From: a virus
Taxonomy: Duplodnaviria; Caudoviricetes
Length of the DNA: 24,100 nt
IMG/VR virus record: IMGVR_UViG_3300026085_000011
Location: 1 to 24,100 of that record
Strand: one strand, 5' to 3'
Shown here: one piece after another, positions 15,949 to 23,983 of the stretch
Layout: each line of letters begins with the position of its first letter
Position numbering within the stretch: the stretch's first letter is position 1
Made by a program: the position numbers and the translations under genes
The notes under the pieces: generated by a model
The model's database searches: none
What the model saw: only the letters and a program-made list of their open reading frames with translations
What the model was told of the DNA's origin: nothing

Positions 15949-16223
15949 CCTATTGCCCTTCCAAAACCAAAGACATTAACAATAGCAAAATAAGTTGTTA
16001 GCATTAATGGCCAAGGTATTTTTCTTCTGTAATATGCATATACGGCCGTTAAAGATCCTATAAAAAAGCCTGGGTACACTAGTGCCATATTCGGATCGTC
16101 GGCAGTGTAGGCAAGTGTTAAACTTGCACCCACAGTGAAAACAAAACTTAACAGTTCAAAAAGAAATGCTGTTTTATCAGATTCGTAACTCTGTACCCAA
16201 AAGGCTTTTATTTTATTATACAT
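15939..16223 (-). CDS. 3-TM membrane protein (semi-PnuC/SemiSWEET-like), paralogue A
   Basis: Start revised to ATG 16223 (MYNKIKAFW) by alignment with paralogue B. Confidence 0.75.
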   Translation of the reverse strand: MYNKIKAFWVQSYESDKTAFLFELLSFVFTVGASLTLAYTADDPNMALVYPGFFIGSLTAVYAYYRRKIPWPLMLTTYFAIVNVFGFGRAIGWW

Positions 16224-16473
16224 CTTTACCAGCGGTAACGATAATAGTTTCAAGATCGTCAAAGTCCTGATTGACTTGACTCCAATTTCCTTTGTGTGCA
16301 ATTGAAATTGCTTTGTTGATTAGACCTGGCTTAACATCAAGTTCTTCAGCAACGGCTTTTACAGTATCTCTTAAACCTTCTTTAAGATCAGTAACTTCCT
16401 GCATTACTGTTGCGCCTTCGTTGATGACTTGAATTAGTTTAGCCTTTTCAGTCGGACCAAAAACTTTACTCAT
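16216..16473 (-). CDS. dsbA: T4 DsbA-like dsDNA-binding protein
   Basis: 85 aa helical protein, KL...I.E..., K...EELDV.P..IN..I...H pattern; AAAGGAG RBS. Confidence 0.65.
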   Translation of the reverse strand: MSKVFGPTEKAKLIQVINEGATVMQEVTDLKEGLRDTVKAVAEELDVKPGLINKAISIAHKGNWSQVNQDFDDLETIIVTAGKDV

Positions 16474-16498
16474 AGTTTGACTCCTTTAATTGTATTCT

Positions 16499-16527
16499 AT
16501 TATACTTGATTTATCTCTTACTGTCAA
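16499..16527 (-). promoter_or_regulatory. Consensus sigma70-type promoter
   Basis: TTGACA(16527-16522)-17 bp-TATAAT(16504-16499). Confidence 0.8.
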
Positions 16528-17171
16528 CTGTTTTCTTCATCTTTGGCTTTATATTGCCAATCGTCAGTATGTCCTACACTCCATTTTGGTGTATTTTCAA
16601 CTGTGTAGTTTTGACTGCAAACTTTGAAATCAGGAGTTTTAGTATCCGTTGGTACAAGACTTTGGTCTGTAAATATTACTCTGTTATTTGGTTGTGCCGC
16701 AAATTGCCCGTTATTAAGTTTAATAATATTAAATGCCTTGTGTTCTGGATCGTGTTCTGAAAAATTTTGATTTAGATAGTTTCTGTCTCTGTGGCAAGTA
16801 TCAATTGTAAACATATATTCGCCCACGTGCATTTTTCTATCCTTACCAAAAAATTTGCAATCGCCTAGCATAGGTTTTTTAATTACTGTAAGATCGTAAT
16901 CGAAACAATCCCATATTTGAAGTGTGTCTAGTGGTAGTTGGTCCTGCCAATTTATATCTTCTTTCCAAACAAATGCACTAATAGGTAACTTGTCATATAA
17001 AGCACCGTATTCTAGCAACAAAGTTTCAAAGTAAAACGCTTTGCCTTCTACACTTTTTACACTAATCCACATACCAGGAACTAGTTCACCGTGACCCTTT
17101 TGTAGATCGTAGAGGTATTCTTTTTTAACGAAGACTTCAACAGGCGGTAAGTTATGAACTAAAAATGCCAT
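16524..17171 (-). CDS. Hypothetical phage protein
   Basis: 215 aa; YDKLPISAF, LQIWDCF, YMFTID, GQFAAQPNNR; AAGGA RBS. Confidence 0.8.
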   Translation of the reverse strand: MAFLVHNLPPVEVFVKKEYLYDLQKGHGELVPGMWISVKSVEGKAFYFETLLLEYGALYDKLPISAFVWKEDINWQDQLPLDTLQIWDCFDYDLTVIKKPMLGDCKFFGKDRKMHVGEYMFTIDTCHRDRNYLNQNFSEHDPEHKAFNIIKLNNGQFAAQPNNRVIFTDQSLVPTDTKTPDFKVCSQNYTVENTPKWSVGHTDDWQYKAKDEENS

Positions 17172-17208
17172 ACTGTTCCTTTTTAGGGGTTTGTTTATCT
17201 ATGTGTAT

Positions 17209-17215
17209 TATTTAT
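17209..17215 (-). promoter_or_regulatory. T4-like late promoter element
   Basis: Intergenic ATAAATA; short motif in AT-rich DNA, so weak alone. Confidence 0.45.
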
Positions 17216-17219
17216 CGTA

Positions 17220-17429
17220 TTATTTCTTTTTACGGCCAGCACAATGAGCCTTTTGCGAAAACCCTTTAGGGTTATTACAGTTAATGGATCGCTTGTACTT
17301 TTCGCTCCACGCTTCTTGTGTGGTTAATAACGACTTTTTGATTTTTTTAGGACCGTATATTTTGCCTACTTTCTTTTTATAGGCTAATAGTTCAGGGTCA
17401 TACCCTAGTATAATTTCTTTGATTTTCAT
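17220..17429 (-). CDS. Small basic protein, probable head-internal protein
   Basis: MKIKEII N-terminus; C-terminal CNNPKGFSQKAHC module. Confidence 0.7.
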   Translation of the reverse strand: MKIKEIILGYDPELLAYKKKVGKIYGPKKIKKSLLTTQEAWSEKYKRSINCNNPKGFSQKAHCAGRKKK

Positions 17430-18145
17430 TTACCTGCAATCTCGTTGATATAATCGTTTAGAGATTTTAGTAATGATCCTTCTGTTTTCACATCTTTTTT
17501 CATCTTTTTCTCATCTGATGAATGTCCAAAAGTTTTGTGAACCAGTTTGTCTAGGTCTTTGTGAAATTTGTCTACTTCTTTTTTTGATGCTTGTTCTTTC
17601 ATTGCTTCGTAGAAAGGACTGTGCTTCTTATATAGTTTACGCTCAGGGTCAACTACATCACCTAATTTTCGAATTGCATCTGCTTCTGCTTGTCCTCTTT
17701 TCCATACGCTATGATCATCACTATATTGATAAGTCCAATCGTGTCTTTTTAAAAGTTCTACGTATCTTTCCATAGCATTAGGACCCAGTTCTTTTACCTT
17801 TGCTTGTCGTTCTGCTTCTGCCTTGTCTTTTTCTGCCTGTGCTTTTGCTTGATCATCACCGTGTACCTTTGATAACACGTCTTTCATTTTGCTGTTCATA
17901 TTACCCAGTGTGTCCGGGTCTGCTTCTTGAACAGGTTTTTTAATACCTGCCAACGCCGCAAGGTCGCCTGATAGTCCTGGTAGTTGAATATTGCCTACTT
18001 GACTTTCTACTAGTTGTGCGTGTGATTGTTCTACTGATGGTTGTGCTACTTTATTCATAGCACCTGGATTAGCATCGGGTGTCAAACCTTTATTTTTGAT
18101 ACCCATTTTATTAAATGATTCTAAAATTTTGTGTAAGTCTGCCAT
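17426..18145 (-). CDS. Hypothetical charged protein, probable head-internal protein
   Basis: ILES, LVES, VQEA, MKEQ, KTEG candidate prohead-protease sites; HDWTYQYSDD module. Confidence 0.75.
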   Translation of the reverse strand: MADLHKILESFNKMGIKNKGLTPDANPGAMNKVAQPSVEQSHAQLVESQVGNIQLPGLSGDLAALAGIKKPVQEADPDTLGNMNSKMKDVLSKVHGDDQAKAQAEKDKAEAERQAKVKELGPNAMERYVELLKRHDWTYQYSDDHSVWKRGQAEADAIRKLGDVVDPERKLYKKHSPFYEAMKEQASKKEVDKFHKDLDKLVHKTFGHSSDEKKMKKDVKTEGSLLKSLNDYINEIAGK

Positions 18146-18148
18146 AGG

Positions 18149-18622
18149 TTATTTCCCTGTGGTGTCTAATTTATGTTTTCTTTGTAGCCATCTATCGCGG
18201 CCAACGATTTTCATTTGCACAGGATCTTTTTGTATGTCCTGTAATGCTTTTGCTTTGGCCTGTCTGTCTAGCATTCTTTGTAATTTTTCTTGTGGTGATA
18301 AAGCATCTTTGTATTTTACAGCAAGTGATTCAAGATAATCATCTTCTGGAGTGTCTATTGCTTGGCGAATGCTTTCTTGTGATCTTGCTTTTGCCATTTC
18401 ATAGTCCATATAGTTAAACACAGAATCGATATAGTCACTTGCTTTTGTGATTTTAGCGGCTGTCCAACCTTCTAGATTATCGCCTGGCTTAATCATTTTT
18501 AAAAGTTTAATTGATTTTTCAGCCATTCGTAACAACTGCGAACGAGCCATATCTGCTTCGTGATCGTGTGTACCTTCGTCGTCTGATTCAAACACTTTGT
18601 TTAAAATATCTTCTCTGTCCAT
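18149..18622 (-). CDS. Hypothetical protein, probable head-internal protein
   Basis: DHEADMARSQL...LEGW...KITKASDYI module; TAAATA just upstream (18633-18628). Confidence 0.75.
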   Translation of the reverse strand: MDREDILNKVFESDDEGTHDHEADMARSQLLRMAEKSIKLLKMIKPGDNLEGWTAAKITKASDYIDSVFNYMDYEMAKARSQESIRQAIDTPEDDYLESLAVKYKDALSPQEKLQRMLDRQAKAKALQDIQKDPVQMKIVGRDRWLQRKHKLDTTGK

Positions 18623-18630
18623 ATTAGTAT

Positions 18631-18861
18631 TTACCTCTTAAGAGGTCCTCCAAATAAACTCGTACCCTTCATATCAAGTGCATTATCGCTTGGTTTTTGC
18701 ATTTTTGCTTTTGGTGGTTTAGATGGCATACCTTTTTTACCATAGTCATCACGTGCTTTTTTATTGCCAATAGCAATATGCGGTGATACCACTGTTGCTA
18801 TACTACCAGCACTTGTGGCTCCTGCTGTTGCAACTTCGCTTATAAATTCTTTTGCTCTCAT
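18631..18861 (-). CDS. Small hypothetical protein with capsid-targeting-like N-terminus
   Basis: MRAKEFISE resembles the T4 internal-protein CTS MKTYQEFIAE. Confidence 0.7.
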   Translation of the reverse strand: MRAKEFISEVATAGATSAGSIATVVSPHIAIGNKKARDDYGKKGMPSKPPKAKMQKPSDNALDMKGTSLFGGPLKR

Positions 18862-19631
18862 TTTTTTCCACCCTTCATATTAGCACACCAATGGTACATT
18901 TTACCTTTCTCTCCACCGTATTTAGCGGCTTTTTTACGTAAATCTGTTACTGAACCCTTGCAACTAGCACCTGCTTTTTTAACTCTACCTGGTCTGCTTT
19001 TACCCTTTTTTTTACCGTCTGCAAAGTTTTCTTTTACTATTGCATTCAAACTTTCTTCTAATTTGTTTAATTCTAAAGTGTGCCAGTTGGCACATTCAGT
19101 TGGTTCTTGTTCATCTTCTTTATAGTAATCGTCTAGTTTGCTTTTAACAACATTTAAACTGTCTTCGTCTGCTTGATACTTAATACCAATACCACCTCGA
19201 TTGATCCAACCTTCAATGTTTTTACCTCTGTCATCGATTAATACGTTTGGCGTACCATCGGATTGTACAGCATATGATTCTTTTCTTCCTGTGATAATAA
19301 TGTCTACAGGTTGTGGAACTAGGTGCTGTTTAATCCAAATTCGTTTATGTTTTTCTGAATTACCGTGATCGCCACGTAATGGACTTGAACAGATATTATA
19401 ATGATCTGTGTAACTTAATACTAGTTTAATTAAACTTGGTGCTGTCTTAAACATAGGTAAACGTGAAAAGAAATCTGTACCTATCATTTTATCTAGCGTA
19501 GGATCTACCTTAGCAGGAGGTATATCTCTATAAGTGCCTGTTGTAACACCGGCTAATTTTGCGTATTCAGAAAAGAAATCAGCAAGTACACCGTCCATAT
19601 CCAAATAAATTTTTGTCTTGCTTTTATCCAT
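18858..19631 (-). CDS. 5'(3')-deoxyribonucleotidase (NT5C-like HAD) with basic C-terminal extension
   Basis: YLDMDGVLADF, ICSSP, K..W, VLIDD...N...W...GG.GI; extra tail ENFADGKKK...WCANMKGGKK. Confidence 0.85.
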   Translation of the reverse strand: MDKSKTKIYLDMDGVLADFFSEYAKLAGVTTGTYRDIPPAKVDPTLDKMIGTDFFSRLPMFKTAPSLIKLVLSYTDHYNICSSPLRGDHGNSEKHKRIWIKQHLVPQPVDIIITGRKESYAVQSDGTPNVLIDDRGKNIEGWINRGGIGIKYQADEDSLNVVKSKLDDYYKEDEQEPTECANWHTLELNKLEESLNAIVKENFADGKKKGKSRPGRVKKAGASCKGSVTDLRKKAAKYGGEKGKMYHWCANMKGGKK

Positions 19632-19840
19632 TACTTCTTACGACCTCTAAATCCTTTGTATCCTGTTCCCATAAACGGTCTGCTAAACCAAAGTTTAAAC
19701 CATTCAGGGTCTCCAGGTTTTACACCCATTTCTTTTTCTTTATCTTTTATACCCTGTGCGGTATGACTCATATTCTCAATTGATGGAGTATCGGTTACAA
19801 CATTTATACCTGCTAACGCTTTTAATTCGTCTAGTGTCAT
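19631..19840 (-). CDS. Small hypothetical protein
   Basis: ELKALAGI, KPGDPEWFKLWF; TAATG-coupled to the nucleotidase. Confidence 0.7.
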   Translation of the reverse strand: MTLDELKALAGINVVTDTPSIENMSHTAQGIKDKEKEMGVKPGDPEWFKLWFSRPFMGTGYKGFRGRKK

Positions 19841-20688
19841 ATTAGTTTATAACCCTTCATCATCTTTTTAAGGGTACCTTTGTTAACATCTTTGGTTGTG
19901 TTTTGTTTTGTAATAATACCAACACCTGCGGCTTCTTGATTAACAGTTTGTTTAACACTACCTTGATCTTTTCTAATTTGTTGTAATCTATCTTTTACTT
20001 TTTGATTTAGATTTTTTTCATCTTTTTCTGGTGGACGTTTTTTAACTGTATAACTTTTAGGACGTCTTGTAGCAAAACCAAACATTTCATTTGTGTCTAC
20101 ACCCATAGCCGATCTAACTCTTGCATACATTTGTTTTGCAAGTGTATCGTTGCCTGGAACACCTTTTTTAAAAGTTTCAAAATCACCTTCGACTGCAAGT
20201 TGTCTAAGTTTACTTGCACTCATACCTTCAACACCGTCAGCATCAGGATCACGTTCCCCACTGCTTACTACTTTTACATTGTTAAATTTAAAAGGTATTT
20301 CACCTGACTTATCAGGTTTGTTATTATATTTGTCAACCAAACTTTGATATTCGTTTACACGATCGCTACCAGCAACAATAACAACATTTGTATAACCTTT
20401 ACCTTGAAGTTGTTGTAGTGCTTGAATAATAGTTTTTACGCTGGTGTTCCTGTCAATTGGAATATTAAACATTTCACTTGCAAAGTGATATTTTTCAGCA
20501 AATGATAAAGGATTCTTTTTTGCATCTTGTGTTTTAGTTAGGAACACAATCGGGTCACCCATAACTTTTTGTGATGTTGCTTTAACAGTGTCTATTACTT
20601 TTTGATGTCCAATGGTAGGAGGATTCATTCTCCCCCAAGAAATTACCGCAGTTTTTTGAGGTGCTTCGAATAGTTCTTTAAGTAGCAT
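19837..20688 (-). CDS. Cytidylyltransferase-like (HIGH-superfamily) nucleotidyltransferase
   Basis: GRMNPPTIGH, KNPL, AGSDR, GMSASKLR motifs as in T4-like marine phage cytidyltransferases. Confidence 0.85.
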   Translation of the reverse strand: MLLKELFEAPQKTAVISWGRMNPPTIGHQKVIDTVKATSQKVMGDPIVFLTKTQDAKKNPLSFAEKYHFASEMFNIPIDRNTSVKTIIQALQQLQGKGYTNVVIVAGSDRVNEYQSLVDKYNNKPDKSGEIPFKFNNVKVVSSGERDPDADGVEGMSASKLRQLAVEGDFETFKKGVPGNDTLAKQMYARVRSAMGVDTNEMFGFATRRPKSYTVKKRPPEKDEKNLNQKVKDRLQQIRKDQGSVKQTVNQEAAGVGIITKQNTTKDVNKGTLKKMMKGYKLI

Positions 20689-21041
20689 TACGACTCCTTA
20701 GGATCGTAATGTCCGCTTTTGATATGTTGGACTTGCTTTTCAGCAAATTTATCGCATACGTATTTTTTAAAATCGTCATTAAAAACTTCTTCCTCTTTGC
20801 CTTCGATTTTAAACTCTTTATAATACTTTTTACAACCAACGTCAACCATATTTTTGAAATATGGTGAAACTTCTTTAACTTCGTCTTTGTCAATAATTTT
20901 AAGTCTTTTTAATTCGTCGACAGCAGGAAGAAAATATTCCTTATGAATATCGTCATCGTGATTGATGAAGAAAATTATATCATCCGATAAATCTTTATTT
21001 GGTTCTACTTTCGTAGGTTGTAGTAATTCGTTTAATAACAT
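20688..21041 (-). CDS. Hypothetical protein
   Basis: 117 aa, MLLNELL N-terminus, TAATG coupling. Confidence 0.7.
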   Translation of the reverse strand: MLLNELLQPTKVEPNKDLSDDIIFFINHDDDIHKEYFLPAVDELKRLKIIDKDEVKEVSPYFKNMVDVGCKKYYKEFKIEGKEEEVFNDDFKKYVCDKFAEKQVQHIKSGHYDPKES

Positions 21042-21047
21042 TGTCTC

Positions 21048-22244
21048 TTACCATTTTCTGCAAGACCAATAACGTGCTTTAGTTCTTGGTCCCGGATTAT
21101 CACAGTTATGTCTTGCTCTAAAAGATTTTCTTCTTTTTGGATTAGAGCGTTTAATTTTCATATCTGGGTCACCGAAGTTAACCTTAACTACATTACCTTT
21201 AGGATTTTTTACATATACCTTGAACTTCTTAACGTCACCACGCATTGGTTTACCAAGTTTAACTTTACGTCCTTGATATTCCGCTTCTTCAATTGAATCG
21301 TCATCGTAACCGATCCAACCAAAGTTTTCATAAAACTCATCACCGTTTAATGTAACGTCTGTTAAACCATTGAACCAATTTTCTTCTACGGATTCCATAT
21401 TGTCCATAGCATAATCTTGATTCTTCTCTTCAGCGGCCTCTTCAGCGGCTTCTCTGTCTCTTTTAACTTCGTTAACATCAACACCTAAAAAGTCTGCTAG
21501 ATCCTCATCTGACATTTGTCTAATAGTTGGCTCAGATTGTGGATCGTGACTTTCATTTGCTCTCTTAAGGGCATTTGCTACGCTAGGGTGTTTTGATAAA
21601 CCCTTTGCAATTTTTTCGATAGTATCAACAGCACCTGAATAGTTACCCTGATGATATCTTGGATCATTTAATACACCAAATGCCATTTTAATTTCTTTAT
21701 CAGAAAACTCTTTGCTTTCTTCTTTTTCTAGTGTAATTTCTTCACCGTCTGGACCTTGGATTTTATCGCCTTTTTTCTTACCATCCATTTTGGCTTTACG
21801 AACTGCATTTGCGTATGCATTACCTTCAAACTCATTGTCGCCGCCGTCATCGTAAGGAATTTCTGAATCTGGATCTTTTTCTACCTTCATTTCTTTGTGC
21901 TTGTCTAATACTATTTTAACTAACTTCGCGATAGGAGGAGTAACTTTTTTATTATCGTCGTGTAAGTGTCCAGATAGATTAGATAAAAACAAAGAAAGAT
22001 CATCGTTGTTTTTAATACGTGATGATAATTCGCTTATTTTGTATGCCGCTTCGGCTCTTGGGTCTGTCCATTTTTGAATGTTTGCACTGCTGTATTTTGT
22101 GTCAGATTTGCTAGGTTCCGCAAACACAACATTTTTAAGATCGGCTACAACGTCTGAAACAGTTTTGTAAACCTTACGTTCAGGCTCTTTTTTAGCCTCT
22201 TTTTGCATTGAATCGACAGCATCGATTAGTTTTCTAAAATCCAT
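21048..22244 (-). CDS. Modular acidic protein with basic C-terminal domain (DUF6321-like), probable head-internal protein
   Basis: C-terminal KKFKVYVK...VNFGD...RRKSFRARHNC...ARYWSC; AAGGAG RBS and late element upstream. Confidence 0.8.
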   Translation of the reverse strand: MDFRKLIDAVDSMQKEAKKEPERKVYKTVSDVVADLKNVVFAEPSKSDTKYSSANIQKWTDPRAEAAYKISELSSRIKNNDDLSLFLSNLSGHLHDDNKKVTPPIAKLVKIVLDKHKEMKVEKDPDSEIPYDDGGDNEFEGNAYANAVRKAKMDGKKKGDKIQGPDGEEITLEKEESKEFSDKEIKMAFGVLNDPRYHQGNYSGAVDTIEKIAKGLSKHPSVANALKRANESHDPQSEPTIRQMSDEDLADFLGVDVNEVKRDREAAEEAAEEKNQDYAMDNMESVEENWFNGLTDVTLNGDEFYENFGWIGYDDDSIEEAEYQGRKVKLGKPMRGDVKKFKVYVKNPKGNVVKVNFGDPDMKIKRSNPKRRKSFRARHNCDNPGPRTKARYWSCRKW

Positions 22245-22264
22245 AATAGTATACTCCTTACGAG

Positions 22265-22271
22265 TATTTAT
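22265..22271 (-). promoter_or_regulatory. T4-like late promoter element
   Basis: ATAAATA about 20 nt upstream of the ATG heading the late block. Confidence 0.6.
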
Positions 22272-22281
22272 TATAAAACGG

Positions 22282-22512
22282 TTATCTTCTGCCGGTCTTG
22301 ATGTGGGTGATTTCAGGGTCTGTTGCTGTGAATTCCAACCCTGCCATATTGCCTGCGTATACTTTTCCAGTATAAACTAACTTTAAACGCACTGTATTAA
22401 GGATAATATCCATATGCTTTTGTGGAACATATCTATCCAGATATGCTTCTTTTTTCATACCATTGTCGGTACACGTTACCATAATCTTTTCTGGGATAAT
22501 TTCGTTTTGCAT
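22282..22512 (-). CDS. Hypothetical protein
   Basis: 76 aa; AAGGA RBS; YAGNMAGLEFT. Confidence 0.7.
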   Translation of the reverse strand: MQNEIIPEKIMVTCTDNGMKKEAYLDRYVPQKHMDIILNTVRLKLVYTGKVYAGNMAGLEFTATDPEITHIKTGRR

Positions 22513-22530
22513 TTGTTTTCCTTCTGCGTT

Positions 22531-22561
22531 AAAAAAAATATAGGGGCCGAAGCCCCTATAT
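22531..22561 (-). terminator. Rho-independent terminator with C(UUCG)G tetraloop
   Basis: Minus strand ATATAGGGGC-TTCG-GCCCCTATAT followed by a T run. Confidence 0.9.
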
Positions 22562-22576
22562 AATATTAAAGTAACC

Positions 22577-22843
22577 TTACGCTACTTTTGATTTTGCCAT
22601 TGCTTTGTAACCAGCGGCAATTACGGCTCTAGAAGCAGTTCCTAGTCTGTACTTTCTAACAATGCCTTTTGATGTTTTAACATTGTTTAAGTAGACTGGG
22701 AAACCGTTGAATCTTAGCGCCTGAATTACAGCACCTGGGTTACCAGCACCAAATTTTGATTTAATTTGGGCAGATGTTAATTCTGAACCATTTTGTAGTG
22801 CAGAAAGAACTCTGTTTTGAATTGTAGTTGAGTTATTTGTCAT
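22577..22843 (-). CDS. Small winged-HTH DNA-binding protein
   Basis: Start revised to ATG 22843 (GGAGA RBS); LQNGSELTSAQIKSKFGAGNPGAVIQALRFNG helix-turn-helix pattern. Confidence 0.7.
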   Translation of the reverse strand: MTNNSTTIQNRVLSALQNGSELTSAQIKSKFGAGNPGAVIQALRFNGFPVYLNNVKTSKGIVRKYRLGTASRAVIAAGYKAMAKSKVA

Positions 22844-22899
22844 TAGTTTCTCCATAACATTTAATTTAACACTCGTTAACAAGTGAGTTAACATATATA

Positions 22900-22928
22900 A
22901 TAATACTATAAGGCACGGTTAAAGTCAA
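22900..22928 (-). promoter_or_regulatory. Sigma70-type promoter (leftward of a divergent pair)
   Basis: TTGACT(22928-22923)-17 bp-TATTAT(22905-22900). Confidence 0.6.
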
Positions 22929-22960
22929 GTTTTTTTGCAAGTTATTTTACCAAAAAGAGG

Positions 22961-22989
22961 TTGACACATAACCAAAAAGATCATATACT
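22961..22989 (+). promoter_or_regulatory. Sigma70-type promoter (rightward of a divergent pair)
   Basis: TTGACA(22961-22966)-17 bp-TATACT(22984-22989). Confidence 0.75.
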
Positions 22990-23019
22990 ATATACATAGT
23001 TAGAAATTAGGAGCATTTA

Positions 23020-23688
23020 ATGAAAAACAAAACCATATCAAGTAAAACTGTGTTGCATTATGCTGTCCAGGCCTATTATGAAAACGGCTCAAAGTACATC
23101 AAAAATCCAGTATTCGAAGATGGTTCGATTGCTCAACAAACCAATAAATTTATCATTCAACAAAAGATAGAAGCGAACTGTTCTTTAAAAGAAGAACACG
23201 AACAAATTGTTTTGGATATTATTAACGATCGCAGAGCGGACCTGTTAAACATTATGTCAGGTAATGCAAATGATTATGTGTCTACGGTTTACAGTCTTGT
23301 AAACGCAGAAGATATACCTATGAGTAGGATATCCTGGTTGGCTCCTTTACCAAAACTATATTTTGATAAAATTGCTGATCAAAAGTTTATGGAAACTGTC
23401 AGCGACAGTATGTGTATTGGAACGCCCGGAGATCGTATCAAAGGAGAGATTAAATTGCACAAGGTACATTACATCGAGTCACGAGGATTCTTTGTTTATA
23501 CTCTAGTATTTGAAGGAAATCTAATTTGTATGTTTAACGAAAAAGGATTATCTGAATGGAAGGATTGTCCATTAAAGATTGGTGAAACATATAACTTTAC
23601 CGCAAAGGTAAAACGTCACGGTGAAAACAAGTTTTTAAATAACTTGCCTGAAACTACGGTAAATTATATTAAGTTTAGTGTAAAGTAG
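23020..23688 (+). CDS. Hypothetical protein with possible C-terminal OB-fold
   Basis: AGGAG RBS and own promoter; IG..GDRI...G......TAKVKRH......T..NY beta-barrel pattern. Confidence 0.75.
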   Translation: MKNKTISSKTVLHYAVQAYYENGSKYIKNPVFEDGSIAQQTNKFIIQQKIEANCSLKEEHEQIVLDIINDRRADLLNIMSGNANDYVSTVYSLVNAEDIPMSRISWLAPLPKLYFDKIADQKFMETVSDSMCIGTPGDRIKGEIKLHKVHYIESRGFFVYTLVFEGNLICMFNEKGLSEWKDCPLKIGETYNFTAKVKRHGENKFLNNLPETTVNYIKFSVK

Positions 23689-23959
23689 TGCCGTTGCCAC
23701 TTACTTCGATTGTGTAATCACCAGATATAGCACGAGAAATTCTTTCTACCATTGCATCTGCTGTATTGTTATCTAGTTCTTTGTGAAGGGCAACTTCATA
23801 AACATAGTGTCCTTCGCTAGTTTCATATCTATCAAAACTAACACTGTTTTCTGATTCTAATAATGATTCACTGATTGTGCTTTCCATTGCACCAGCAAAA
23901 GTTCTTAAAAACTCATCGCCTTGGTCTTCATCAAAAATAATTCTTACAAAGTGTTCCAT
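23675..23959 (-). CDS. Acidic hypothetical protein
   Basis: 94 aa; AAGGA RBS; ATAAATA at 23982-23976. Confidence 0.7.
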   Translation of the reverse strand: MEHFVRIIFDEDQGDEFLRTFAGAMESTISESLLESENSVSFDRYETSEGHYVYEVALHKELDNNTADAMVERISRAISGDYTIEVSGNGTTLH

Positions 23960-23983
23960 AATACTTCCTTTTTAGTATTTATC

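Noticed and set aside
20678-20893. 71-aa minus-strand ORF
   Set aside because: Out-of-frame overlap inside 20688-21041.
53-22077. Numerous short plus-strand ORFs in the track (e.g. 53-256, 1934-2260, 8860-9174, 12476-12811, 17473-17775)
   Set aside because: They are antisense shadows of well-supported minus-strand genes, with no RBS or recognisable motifs.
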